From Octopus sinensis (lineage: Eukaryota), in contig NC_043010.1 of the NCBI RefSeq assembly GCF_006345805.1, positions 57,164,001 through 57,228,000 of the forward strand: a DNA stretch of 64,000 bases. The letters are read 5' to 3'. The translations under genes and the position numbers were made by a program. This document shows positions 27,645 to 41,479 of the stretch, one piece after another. Numbering within the stretch: position 1 is the first letter of the stretch; each line of letters opens with the position of its first letter. The notes under the pieces are model-generated. The model was not told the origin of the DNA. It was given only the letters and a program-made list of their open reading frames with translations, and did not search any database.

Positions 27645-27698
27645 GATAAAACTCTGAGTTTCGGATGTTGGGGTGGAAACCCACGCTCTTCAGTTATC
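27645..27698 (-). ncRNA. Minimal type-I hammerhead ribozyme motif with intact catalytic core
   Basis: GATAA-CTGAAGA-[GCGTGGGTTTCCACCCCAACATCC]-GAAA-CTCAGAG-TT-TTATC: perfect 5-bp stem I, 3-bp stem III, GUU cleavage triplet; stem II irregular. Confidence 0.6.
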
Positions 27699-27717
27699 GA
27701 AAAATATCTAAGATCTA

Positions 27718-27759
<42 letters not shown>

Positions 27760-28396
27760 CACCTGTATACACTCAAGTATGTATCTGTCTGACATACAGC
27801 TGCTTGGTCATGTGGTGCACTATGTATTATATTGCATTATATTGCTGTGCATTTATTTGTCGATATCCTTTAGAAATCATATTGCATATATGGCTTTAAG
27901 GCCTATTGATGTTATTGTACTGTTATTGCCTGTATTTAGTCCCTGGAGATGATCGAACACAACCCCAAAAGGGTTGAAACATGCTTCTCTTGTCACATTT
28001 TTAGGATTTCACTTTTGTGATAAGCAACAACTTCACAGAGAAGTGACGGAAAGATGGACAAACCCAGATCATTGAAAGAAAACTGGGGAATCTTGGAATT
28101 GGAGCAAGAGATTTGTAAACAATAGGACTAACCTTGTTCTGAAATTATCTTGGTATTTCCTCATAGAGGCCCAAGTTACGTTCTGTCCAGTCACATCTGC
28201 TGTCCATATCTGTCAGTAAGGAATCGTTGAGAAAACTGGGTGCAAGAACAACGTTTTGTTCTTCATGTTCACCGTAGGATGTCACTCTTACTGGCTGACT
28301 ATACTGTTTAGACAAAAAGAAAATACATTTTGTGAGTTTTACTTTTATTTAATTTAAATATTTATTCATTTAATTTGTATATTTCTGCCATCCTAG

Positions 28397-28536
28397 ACTA
28401 GAGAGTGCTTGTCTGCTTTTTGAATTTGGAAATCTGAGAAAGCATGGCAGAGCCAGTGGATTCCTCAAAGTCCCTGCTCCTGAACTACCATCACAAACAC
28501 TACAGCAGCAGCATCAGCAGCAACAGCCAGTATAAT
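28397..28536 (+). other. Candidate exon of an unidentified plus-strand transcript, possibly a first coding exon MAEPVDSSKSLLLNYHHKHYSSSISSNSQYN (ATG 28444)
   Basis: Acceptor tatttctgccatcctag|, donor TATAAT|gtaagt, Kozak aagcATGG, 31 codons ending in phase 0. Preceded by a 65-nt AT-rich gtgagt...ag intron (28332-28396) and an upstream exon with acceptor at 28004. Confidence 0.4.
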
Positions 28537-29039
28537 GTAAGTAAATACAGTTTCTCAACTGTTTTAGATTAGTTTTTGAGGGGAAATATATATATACGAG
28601 CAATATATGTGGAGGAATAGCAATGCTGAAAAATGAAGGCTTTGAAGGTAGAAAGGAGTTTGGTGTCTGCAAAAAAAATATTTGTTAAAGGATGTCAAGT
28701 GGATGTGTTTGGTGGGATGGAAGAAGTGGGATGTTGTCAATAAGGTTTAAAAAAAATCAAGGGCATATTGTAAGAGTTGGAAAAGGGATGGAGAGGTTGC
28801 ACAAGATGGACATTAAACGATGACGATGATGATGATGATGATGTGTGTATAAATGTATACATGTACATGAGGTGGGTGGGAAGCTGTCTTAGATAAGTGA
28901 AAATTGTCGTTTGGGGAAGATCTGTGTTGGTTCTACACCATAGAAAGATAATGTTCTTGGTCACATGTTGGTAATATTAAGCCTGCATAAAACTATAATT
29001 TCTATTTCAAAAAAATTCAAATAAAATGGTTCAATGGAT

Positions 29040-29245
29040 TAAAGATTGTTTGCCAACATAACATGGGGCAGTCCTGGTTTAGGATGAATGTTGCTGTATT
29101 TTAGCCCCAGGATTCCCTTGTTTGAAAATATAAGGACAGATCGTTGTCGTATAGCCAGCTGGAGATGATGTCTCCTGGGGCTAAATTACAGCAACTTTCG
29201 TCTTAAACCAGGACTGCCCCATGTTATGTTGGCAAAGAATCTTTA
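29040..29245. repeat. Inverted repeat, ~72-bp arms around a ~60-nt spacer
   Basis: taaagattgtttgccaacataacatggggcagtcctggttta...gccccagga / tcctggggc...taaaccaggactgccccatgttatgttggcaaagaatcttta. Confidence 0.9.
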
Positions 29246-29538
29246 CTCTGAAATTACTGTTGCTGAATATCTCTCGTTTGTGAGATTTACAAAAAGTAAT
29301 TTTCTAAAATGGTTTAATGTTTTATTTCTTTTGTTTCTTGCTGGGTCTGGGAAAATGTCTCAGGTGTTTACCTGCCACACATTGGTCTGGTGAGATTGAT
29401 GTCAATCAAATTCTTGTTTAACCTTTGCAATGCAGACAGAACACTCTAATGCTGCCATTGCAGAACGGCATAAACAGAATACAAGACTGGAAAGATAAAC
29501 TCCAGTGTTCAGTGTTGTAATTACATGACAATATAAAC

Positions 29539-29809
29539 CAGTGGTTCTCAACCATTTTTTTTTTATCTATGGACCTTTTCGTTTTTCACACACTCACTTG
29601 TGTAGGCTTAAAACAACTGCTCTCTGGCCAGAAACTCATCAAACTATGTAAAACATAAAAAAAAAAAAGAAACCTTCTAATAAATATAAAATAAAGTAAA
29701 TTTTTTTTTTTTTTGTGGACCCTTAAAATATTTCTGCAGATTTCCTATTTAATATTTTATTTGGATAGACCCCTGAAAATCTTATATGGACCCTGATTGA
29801 GAGCCACTG
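29539..29809. mobile_element. hAT (Charlie-like) MITE
   Basis: Terminal inverted repeats CAGTGGTTCTCAACC / GATTGAGAGCCACTG; 8-bp TSD not clearly preserved. Confidence 0.7.
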
Positions 29810-31206
29810 GTGCACACAGACCATCTACTACGGTGGTATGGTTACATGTCAATACAGTAGAGCCATTAGTGAGCAGAACAGAACAAACTAGAATTTTGTA
29901 AGTCGAGTTTAGGCTGTTATGGTCAGCATAGTTTTGGTTACACTGTGGTCAGTTGAGTGTAGCATTGACCAAATTGTTGCCAGTACACTATACTATAGAA
30001 TAGACTGTCGTTAGATGTATATAGTATAGGTGGTAGTATTGTTAGTACAATATAAAGGAGACTGCAGTGTTGTAGTTGAGTTCAGTATCGATTATATTGT
30101 TGTGGTGTAAGTACAATGTAGTGTAAATTGTGTCACTAGAGTACATCATGGACCATATTGCTGTGAGTACAGTGGAGTACAAGCTAGTGTTGTTAGTAGC
30201 ACACTGGAAAATAACAGATTAGTCAATATACTTCTGCTTACAGTATTGTTAATACAGTATAGGCTGTGTAATAGTAGTCACCACAATACAGTATTGATGA
30301 GAGTGTTGTCTGTAAAATAAATAGTTGTTTATAGTGTTCTATTCAACATATATTCTAGAGTACAATACAGACTATAAGGTTGTCTTTAGAGTACATTACC
30401 AAACTATAGTGTTGTTAGTGGAGTACAGTAAAGTATAGACAATGGTGTTTCAGTAGAGTACAGTGTAGAGCACAGTGCTGCAAGTACCACACGGCACAGA
30501 CTACAGTTTTACCTGTAGCATACTGGAGGTACTCTCCTTACCTGTAGCATTTCAGTCTGTGATGTTATCAACACTGTACATTACAAACCAAGTGTTATTT
30601 TCTCGTTACTTTACAAAATCTTTATTTCAATGCATCTCTGTCAGCTGCACACATTAAACATCCTTTGTATATTTTGACTTGAGTGACATCACAGTCATTT
30701 AATGTTATGTGTGGAGTCTGATTCATAAGGAAGCCATCAGAGGATGATGTTGGTACTTGTATGCATCCTGGTGAGATTTGAACTCAGGACAGTTTTATAT
30801 CAGATAAATCACGGAACATACTTTCTAGCCAAATATTTTACAGTAAATGCAAAGTTCCTCTGTCCTGGGGGGGGGGAGACAGGGATGTGGAAATTGTGAT
30901 AAGATATATTGAGAACTACTTGTATGAGGCAGCGTGCAGGTCCAGCAGGGAATTATGTCAACATGAGCTGCATCTCTTCATCTGGTTGTTGTTTTTTTTC
31001 TTCTAACATTGTCACTTCATAGAGCTTAGCTTTTGTGAGCCAAGGACAAACCTAGACAGATTGATGGATGGGTTTAAGGATGGAAAGAGGACAGTTGGGA
31101 TTAAGGGGTGAAAGGCTGGACAGAGAAACAAACTGATGGATGGACTGAAGCTGGAAGAAGGACAGCTGGGATTAAGGGGTGAAAGACTGGACAGTCAAAT
31201 ACTTGG

Positions 31207-31257
<51 letters not shown>

Positions 31258-31504
31258 TGTATTTGTGTTTGTATGTGTGCATGTGTTTGCGTAAAAGAAA
31301 GAGTATATGTGCGTGTGTGTGTGTGTGTGTGTGAGAGAGAGAAAGAGAGAGAGGGAGAGAGGGAGAGAGAGAAAGAAGAGAGAGGATGAGAAAGAATGTG
31401 TGTGTATCTGTGCAAGAGTGAATGAGTGTGTGTGTGTGTGAATATAAAAGACAAATTCAGTATGAGTTTGGGAAAGTGAGATAGATAGATAAATAGACAG
31501 ATAA

Positions 31505-31543
<39 letters not shown>

Positions 31544-32017
31544 AATGTAGTTCTCAATTGTTAAAACTCTGTGAATGTCTTCCAGTTTTCAGCTTCTTTC
31601 TCCGCCCCTCCCCCCCCTCAATTTCTCTGGTCTGACTGAGGAGGAGATCTCTTTAGTTGACGGAACCGTCAGTGATTAGAAGAACTTAGCACAGATTATT
31701 TGTGTTATAACGTTCCTGTGTATCATGGAACAGCTCAGAGAATTGTGTGGTGATCCTCCGAATCATGGAACGGGATTTTCATGTCTGATTCACACTTGGT
31801 TTGACAGTAAGGATTTGTTTAGCATCTCTTTGGAAATCCCTCCCATCTTGTTGAATTAACAAGGGATTTCTGGACCTCATGCAAAACTATATTTCTGTTG
31901 AGTAAGCAGAGAGTGAGTTCAGGTTGGAGTATATCAAAGACAATGGCTGACATGGCCATGAGAGATAATTGTCTTTCTATAGGCATGTCATGATGCATTT
32001 GGGCAAAGGAATTACCT

Positions 32018-32020
32018 GTA

Positions 32021-32072
<52 letters not shown>

Positions 32073-32178
32073 GAGGAGGAGGAGGAGGAGGAGGAGAAGA
32101 AGAAGAAGAAGAAGAAGAAGAAGAAGAAGAAGAAAAAGAAGAAGAAAAAGAAGAAGAAGAAGAAGAAGAAGAAGAAGA
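32018..32178. repeat. Compound (GTA)(GGA)(GAA) microsatellite
   Basis: Direct reading. Confidence 0.95.
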
Positions 32179-35100
32179 TTTTCTATGTCTTTTACTACAG
32201 TATTTCAGAACGTTTGATCTCTCAGTTGTGGCCAAGTGATAAGATGGAACTAAATCCTTGATGCCAACATTTTGTTAACTTTTGTCCTTTTTTTAAAAAA
32301 AAAATTGCTGTTTAAGAGAAAACTTAACTTTTTTTGTTTTATTGTCTTAAAGTTCGTCATTTGTCTCTTTTTTTTTTTACTTTACTCATTATATCAGGTT
32401 TCTTTTGCTGAATTGGGTATTAATTAAGGTTCTTTGAGATTTAAATCATCCTTGTTGTCATCATCATCGTCGTCGTCTTCCTCTTCCTCATCATCACCAC
32501 CACCACCATGTTTGCATGTGTGTGTGTGTGTGTGTGTTCTGGAAAAGATACTTTTTGATGTTATTTAATTTACTTTTGTCTGGTTATTTTTCTTCCAGGA
32601 ACAGATTCTTTCTGAGGGGGTCACTGTTCCCTAAAAGAACAATTTTATGCAGCTTTTGGATTTGATAATTGTTATTGTTTGGATAGTTTTTTTTTTATAA
32701 AACCTTTTAGTTTTCATCATTTCCAAAGTCTCCATAATTATGAGGGTTGATGCTGCATCCATGACTCAAATTCTTGCCATTTATTTTTCTAAAACTTTCT
32801 GTTCTATTAATATACCTGCCTCTTTGACCTATTTTCTGCTATTTCTATGTAGCCAACACCATTATCCAGTTATTCATAATCTCATACCTGCTAGTCTCTT
32901 TCCCACACAACCTAAAGACCTCTCGGCTGCCAAACATTGTTTCTATGAAGAAAAACCTTGAAAATATCCTCTAAGACTTCCATGGAGAAATGGCAACCTA
33001 GCTTTTTCCAACTGGACCAGACAGCATCCCCTAGGTTAATTGAACCGTGTCATTGAATGAATTTATGCTCAACTTATTTCAAGAGCAATATATCTCTCCT
33101 TATGGTTTTGGTGTTGGTTTGTGTTTACAGTATTTATGGCAGAATCTTAAACTCTACATGTTCTTCAATTACTAATCTGAATAGTTTGTTATTGGATGAT
33201 AACCAAAGGAATTTCGGCAGAGAAACCTGATTTGTAACATAAAATTGGGTCGACTTAAAAGTCAGACACTTTTTAAATCCTCCCCACTCTATTTTCCTGA
33301 TATTTTCTCATTATATACTTTTTCATCTTATCATCAACAGTAAAAGGTTTTGGCACCACTGATGGACCACCTACCCACTACTGTGGATATAAAGTTCTGA
33401 ACTTGGCCTTTGACAAATTCCTGCACAACTTAATTTTCTTTGTACAAGATCTGAGCAGGTTTAAGAGTCAGAGACTCTTTTTTTCATGTTTGTATTGCTG
33501 TAATTGACACAAAGACATTTATTCTGATACTTGTATGGCATATTAATATATTGTATGTTTTCGCAAGGCAGATGTTACTAGAATTCAAAGTTGAACTATA
33601 ATTTCCATGTTTTGAGTTGCTTTGAGTTTCGTTAGGAAATAAAAGAATAACAAAAAGATTTTTACGAACTCATGCAAGTTTGGCTCTTAATGGTGACATG
33701 AGAGAAAGCTCGAGGATTAACTGTCAAAATATTTGCATTTATATTGGTATAACTATAATTGGTACAAAAATGTTTGTTCTGGCATATGTACTGCATACAC
33801 ACAAACATACTTACAATATGTTTGCGAGGCAGGTGAAGCTGATAATTTGAGCCAAACTGTCGCTCTTTCAAATAATTTAAAAAATTATTTGAGGAAAATT
33901 TGAAGAAAAAAAGAAAAACATTATTCTGTTAACAGATATTTTCCGTATTATTTATACATTTCTTGTTTCATTCTTTTTTTGGTTTTGAAAACGTGAAAAC
34001 AATTTTCAAAATTTTGGAAGAACAACAAAAGATTAAGAAAGAGTTGAAGCAAACATTTTCAATTCTGTTTCAGCAGAGTTTACGCAAAACTGGTGTAATC
34101 ATATTTGCTCTGACACTTATACCACACGCACACATACACATACATGGCACAAAGCCCCACCCCTTCAGTACGACTCTGCTCCTCCCTGTTGGTGCTGGCA
34201 CCACATACAAAACATTGGTGCTAGTGCCACGTAGAAAGCACTGATGATGATGATGATGATGATTACAATATTTCTAGTCTCCAGAATTCCAAGTCAAACT
34301 ATTGTTGTACTTTCAAATTGTGTTTAGAAAAAAAAAAAACTTCAATTTTTCTTGAAAACTTTCTGAAATAAGTTTCTACATTGAGTACTTTTAATGGAAA
34401 ATCATTCACTTCACAAAAGTATGCAAATTAGGTATTAATTGTGTGAGGAAATCAAGTGATCCAGTGTTGGGATTTTAAAACCTTTTTGAATGAACAGCAA
34501 GGAGTTATAGCACCATCATAGGGAATGGCTTCCCCAACCGGTACAGCTAACTTCTGTATGTGTATATTGATTTCAAAGCTAATCCATACCCAATCAGTTT
34601 GAGTTTGAAAGCAAGAGAGAACAGTTGTCAGATGTACTATCAAAGGAAAGGAGAGCCGTATGGCTCTTGTGAGATGCTTACTGTGCACATGACCCAGACT
34701 GATATTGACATGAGTCACACAGTTAGCAAGGCTATGGATGGAAGAAGGAGGCAGTTGGACTGAAGGGTGACTGAAGGCTATACACACTGTGGATCATTAT
34801 GACCTACATCTAAAGTATGGCTCTTACACACACACATACACAAACACACATACACAAACACACATACCAATGCAGGTACAATGTTTTATGGCTCATTTGC
34901 AAATTCTTACCCACCAACTCCCTATGATGCTCCACTAACCGACAATGTCTGCTGTTTCTTCACTCAACAGCTTCCATATAATAACAGCCTTTGTTCTTTT
35001 GAAATGGCTGCATCCCACTCCCATGACACACCCATTCCTTCTCTTTTCAGCCCCCCCACCCCGCTCAGGCCTTTTTTTGCTTGAAAGCTCACAAAGGTCT

Positions 35101-35242
35101 TAGATGTTGCCCTGTCTCTTTTGACCAAGATAGACTGGCTGACAGATGGATAGACAGCTAGACAGACAGAAAAATAGATAGATAGATAGATAGATAAATA
35201 GATGGATGGATAGACAGACAGCAAGACATATATATATATATG

Positions 35243-35329
<87 letters not shown>

Positions 35330-35346
35330 TAGATAGATAAATAAAT

Positions 35347-35391
<45 letters not shown>

Positions 35392-36114
35392 CAGAGAGAG
35401 AGAGAGAGAGCAAGAGAGAGGTGGGGTGAGTGAGTGTGAAATAGCTAAATACATAGAGTTGCTGATTATCTAGGCTTTCTTTACTACAATCACACACACA
35501 CACACACACACACATCATTATTCTCTGCAAGTATATTGTATTATCACCTCTAGAAATGATGTCTCACAACAAAGAATGACAAATCTAATTCCTGGCTTCT
35601 CATTTAGGCTCAGTTCTGGTCACTGTATATTCTTTACCACCAAAAGTGGACAGAAACTGAATTAGGCCCAAATAGAGATTGAAACAGATCTTTTGGTTGT
35701 CACAATTCCATGTCTTAATGTGTTTTAACCACAAGTTATTGTGGTGTAACAGTAACAGGAATGAGCATACCCAGGGACACCTGCTGCATGTAAAATAGAT
35801 AGTTAAGTGGGTGCTAGCATACTTAAAACAGTAAAACCAAGAAATGGTGATAAAACTAAAATTACTCCCAGAGTTAGTTAGGAAATGAAAAACATTAACT
35901 TTCATTTCTGGTCAAAAAAAAAAGAAAAAAAAATCCTGCAGGGCAAGAATTTGATTTAAATTAATTATAAAAATAGCATGCAGTGGATTTCTCTTGATCA
36001 CAATTAATCAATAAGTTAATGATCTCTTTCCCCTCACTTGAATGTAATTAATATCTCCTCGCTCCTTATATCTTATTAGCATCCATTTTACAATTATTGA
36101 GATATACATAAGCT

Positions 36115-36480
36115 GCAGGCATGGCTGTGTGGTAGGAAGTTTGACTTCTCAGCCACATGGCTCTGGGTTCAGTCACACTCTGTGGTACTTTGGGCAAGTA
36201 TTTTCTACTGTAGCCTTGGGCCAACCAAAAATTTTGAGTGGAAACTGAAAGAAGCCTGTTATGTATATACGTGTGTCTTTGTGTCTGTGTTTGTCCCCCA
36301 TCAATACTTGACAACTGGTGTTGGTTTGTTTACATCCCTGTAACTTAGCCATTTGGCAAAAAGGACTGATAGAGTAAGTATCAAGTTTAAAACAAAATAA
36401 GTAAAGGGGTGAATTTATTCAACTGAAATTCCTCAAGGCAGTGCCCCAGCATGGTCGCAGCCTAATGACTGGAACAAATA
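36115..36480 (+). mobile_element. Full-length tRNA-derived CORE-type SINE
   Basis: A box tggctgtgtgg, B-box-like gggttcagtcac, CORE-like ctttgggcaagt, 3' gtgccccagcatggtcgcag...tgactggaacaa. Confidence 0.8.
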
Positions 36481-36829
36481 AAAGATAACAGACGAAATGT
36501 TCTTCGACAGAACTAATGAATACCTTTTTCTGTGAGCCAAAACAACCAGACTTTAGGTTCTTAGAGTCTTTAGAACTACATCAGACCGTTTTCCCATAAT
36601 ATCTCTTTATCACTCAAGTACTGTCACTTTCTCAGGATTATGTCGATTATGAGGTATTTAGTTAGGTCTCTTTATGTTCTGAGTTCAAATCCTGCTGAGG
36701 AGGTTCAACTTTGTCTTTCATCCCTCAAGGGTTCAGATAATAAGTGCCAGTCAAATACTGACCATCCATCTGATCAACTAGAGTCTCTTCACAAAAGTTG
36801 TGGCCTTGTGCCTAGGTTAGAAAAAAAAA

Positions 36830-36831
36830 AG

Positions 36832-36887
<56 letters not shown>

Positions 36888-37092
36888 TGTTATTATTATT
36901 ATTACTATTATCATTATCATCATTATCATCATCATCATCATTATTATTATCATTATCATTATCATCATCATGATTATTACTATTATTATTACTATTGTTA
37001 TTATTATTATTATTACTATAATTATCATCATCATTATCATTATCATCATTATCATTATTACTATAATAATAAAAATAATAATAATAATAATG
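36830..37092. repeat. (ATT/ATC)n array switching to (AAT)n
   Basis: Direct reading. Confidence 0.9.
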
Positions 37093-37219
37093 AGTTCAAA
37101 TTCTGCTGTGGTCAACTTTGCCTTTCATCTTTTTGGGGTCTACAAAAGAAGTACCAGTTAAGTTCTGGGGTTCAGAACTTGCTGGCCTTGCGCTAAAATT
37201 TGAAACCATTATTATTATT

Positions 37220-37525
37220 TGTTGGGAACCCTCAGCTTATTTTGCTGGTTATAACGGAAAGTGTTGGCTGTCCACACTCAGCAGACTAGGGTGACACTTG
37301 CTTAATGGTCATGCTTCAAGAACCCTGTAAAGAACTCTTGCAGTTCCAAGCAATGATGACCCTCCTGATAATCCTTGCTGTCCCCAAGAGACAAACTATT
37401 TGTAGGAGGAGCTCTACTGGGCATTCTATTCTAATCTCCTTCAGTCATTTGCCTCCATCTTGGTTTGCTGTTCCCAGCACACCAATTATTATAGACACGA
37501 CCTCTACTGATTGCATTCTCAAAAT
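37220..37525 (-). mobile_element. R4/Dong-clade LINE 3' end with (AAT)n tail
   Basis: Minus translation VEVVSIIIGVLGTANQDGGK*LKEIRIECPVELLLQIVCLLGTARIIRRV, then a 3' UTR and aataataat. Confidence 0.7.
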
Positions 37526-38579
37526 CATTATCATTGTTATATAATTAATTGCTTGCCCTGTGCCAAAATTTGAAAACATTATTATTATTATTATTATTAT
37601 GGTACCATGTAAAAAGCACCTATGTATGTATGTATGTTATGTATGTATGTATGTATGTATGTATGTATGTATGTATGTATGTATGTATGTATTTATGTGT
37701 CTTTCTGTCTGTCTTTCTATCTGTTTGTCTGTCTGTCTGTTCGTCCACCTGTCTGTCAGTCTGTCGGTCTGCCTATATCTCTAGAATGCCTGGCAGTATT
37801 TGTTCTAGCTCTTTATGTTTTTAGTTCAAGTCCTTCCTTCTGAGACCAACTTTGTCTTTCCTCCGCCTTGAATCAATAATCCAGGATACCAGTCACATAC
37901 TGGGGTCGCTGCAATCAATTAAACCTGTAGCCCTAAGACTGTGAGCCTTCGAGCCTAAATTAGAAGCAATTATTACCATTATTATTTCTACAATCCAATG
38001 AAAGAATGGGAGGTGGTAGATCACTGGGAGATCTTTTGTTATATCATATGTCATTTGAGAGAGCTTAATTAATTGCAATTTATCTAAGCAAGAGTGGAGA
38101 GAGAGAAGGAGAGAGAAAGGGAGAGAGAGGGAGAGAGATGGAGAGAGAGAAGGAGAGAGAAAGAGAGAGAGGGAGAGAGAGAAGGAGGGAGAAGGAGAGA
38201 GAGAGAATGAGAGAGAAAGGGAGAGAGAGGGAGAGAGAGAAGGAGAGAGAAAGGGAGAGAGAGGGAGAGAGAGAAGGAGAGAGAAGGAGAGAGAAGGAGA
38301 GAGAAGGAGAGAGAAGGAGAGAGAGGAGAGAGAAAGGGAGAGAGATAGAGAGAGAAGTGGAGAGTGAGTAGGAGAGAGGGAGAAGGTGAGAGAAGGAGAG
38401 AGAGAGTGTGTGTGAAGCCTTAAATGTGATTTGAGATACAAAATCTGAGGAGTGATTTAATTTAATTTAATTAATTCTTTTTATTGTTCTTTTAATCAAC
38501 CACAGTAAATTACAGCAAATCATAATTGTTGTAGAATTGGTAGAGCATCAACCAAAGTGTTTCATGCTGTTCTGATGAG

Positions 38580-38803
38580 TTGAACCCTTTTGATACAACC
38601 CCCCCCCCCCCGATCAACCCTGCTTCTACCAACTTTCTACTCTAAACTGATCCAAAGTCAAACTTTTCGTTAAAATTTTATGTTAATTTGTGTCCCAGTT
38701 AATTAATGATGTTCTTTTACTAAATTCTTCATTATTTTAAAAACCAAGTGAAACAAAGGTCAAGTGAAACAAAGGTCAATGAATATCATAATGAAAGGGT
38801 GAA
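38580..38803. mobile_element. Probable piggyBac-like MITE (degenerate)
   Basis: Ends ttgaaccctttt ... gaaagggtgaa resemble TTAA-CCCTTT...AAAGGG-TTAA. Confidence 0.45.
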
Positions 38804-39974
38804 TGCCCACTGGAGAACCTTTGCCCTTTGACCTTTCAGGCTTAATAAAATGACACTCTGGTGAAATACAGAGGTCAACTTCAAAATGCCCCAGAGTCCT
38901 TATTAAGTTTTTACACGTATATCAACATGGGATCATCATCATCATCATCATCGTTTAACATCTGTTTTCCATGCTGGCATGGTTTGGACAGTTTGACTGG
39001 GGACTGGCAAGTCAGTGGGCTGCACCAGGCTCCAGTCTGATCCGGCAAGGTTTCTACTGCTGGATGCCCTTCCTAATGCCAACCACTGTGAGAGTGTAGT
39101 GGGTGCCTTTTACATGCCACCAACATGGGGGCCAGTCAGGCAGAACTGCCTTCAACCACGTTCAGATGGTGCTTTTTACGTGCCACTGGCACAGGAGCCA
39201 GTTGGTGGGGAGGACTGGCATTGACCATGTTTGAATGGTGTTTTTTATGTGCCACCAGTGCAGGAGCCAGTCATGGGTGGAGGTAACTGGCATCGACCAT
39301 GCTTGGATGATGCTTTTTACGTGCCAACATTAAAAGCAAATCTGTATTTATATTTAAATAAAATATAAACTGTAACCTAGGAGACAGACTTCATTAATCT
39401 TTGTGATAAAAATTTCATGTTTTTTCTTTCTTTTCTTTTACTTATACGAGTCATTTTGACTGTGGCCATGCTGGAGCACCACCTTTAGTCGCACAAATTG
39501 ACACACCAGCATCAGTTGTCAAGCAATGTTGGACACACACATACACACACACACACACATGGGACAGGCTTCTTTCAGTTTCCATCTACCAAATCCACTA
39601 GCAAGGCTTTGGTCGGTCCAAGGCTATAGTAGAAGACACTGAAAGTATTCATGGTGAATTCCATTTATCTCAGCTTTGCAATTATACAAAGCTACCAGAG
39701 TTCTTCTCTTTCAGTAACATGCAAATTGGTTTTTGAAATCTTTTGTCCAAAAATTGCTCACAAAATTAAGTTTAGTTCTTTTACGACAACCAACAGTGAG
39801 TTCAATGTTATAATATATTTCAAACAATACCAAAGATAATCAAATACTCTGTGTATTCTTGGCAACATGGCATGGAATGAGGATCAAATATTCTACAGGT
39901 TTTGGACTTCTTGTCATAAATCTGCTCAACTTTGGTTCTAAGCTGAGAATGGTTATTGTCTGGAGATTTCTAGA

Positions 39975-40222
39975 TATAACATATCTTAATTGAGAAAGAA
40001 AGCAAGCTATGCTGGATCATAGATATAGCATGCCCAGCTGACAACAAGGTATGCGATAAGGAAGAAAGAAAAGTCGATAAATATGATAGGTTAGCTTGGG
40101 AGGTTAAGCAGTTGTGGTTGATGTAAAAGGTGGTAGTAGTACCAATTATTGTTGGAGCCCTGGGAACAGCGAGCAAAAATCTTGAGAAGTACATGGAACA
40201 CATAGGGGTTGCAATAAGGTTG
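39975..40222 (+). mobile_element. R4/Dong-clade LINE RLE fragment
   Basis: LIEKESKLCWIIDIACPADNKVCDKEERKVDKYDRLAWEVKQLWLM*KVVVVPIIVGALGTASKNLEKY. Confidence 0.8.
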
Positions 40223-40829
40223 TACTGGTGTGCATATTTGATGTCCCTGCTACACTGCAAGATTATATGTTTCAAACACAAACAAATACACGTCGCAAAA
40301 ATTACCTCTATGCAGTCAGTGAGCCTGCTAGAAATAGCAGCCAATTTCTTTCAAATTCCCTGCTACCATTTAAGAAAATTAGGACACATTAGATAAAGGG
40401 TCCTAGGTGCATTATGCTTCAGAAAGAAATGGATGACCATGGTTGAAATTTATTTGATCATCACCCTGCTCAATTAGGGCTGACATAGGGCTAAACAGCA
40501 ACAACAGCAGCAACAACAACAACAACAACAACAGCAACAACAACAACAACTTGAAAAATATACATTGTCACAGCAGACTTTTTCTTGTTATCAGCAGAAC
40601 CTATATTTCTGTGTTGTCAAGAGATACAAGGCCAGAGATTTTGTGAGAGGATGACAGTTGATCCCACGAACTTGCAGGACTTGCCTGAGGCTTATATTAT
40701 CAACCACAAATAGATGGAAGGGGAAAGTGAAACTGATGGCATTTGAACTCAGACTATAAAAAAGGCTATACCTATATAATATAAAACTGATGTGTCTCAC
40801 TCTGACAACTCTGCTACCCACCACCTTCA

Positions 40830-40875
<46 letters not shown>

Positions 40876-40932
40876 TTTTCGTTTTGGGATTTGGTTTGCA
40901 AGATTCTTCATATGAGTTCGTGTGTTGAAGCA

Positions 40933-41479
<547 letters not shown>

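Noticed and set aside
27940-27990. Additional hammerhead (CTGGAGA...AACCC/GGGTT-GAAA-CATG)
   Set aside because: Core A6 substituted, an 11-nt insert before stem II and no stem I; possibly a decayed copy but unsupported.
34452-34787. 111-aa minus ORF as a downstream Pcdh exon
   Set aside because: No good splice signals seen and composition unlike cytoplasmic tails.
36115-36190. tRNA genes
   Set aside because: A/B-box segments here and elsewhere are SINE heads without a full cloverleaf.
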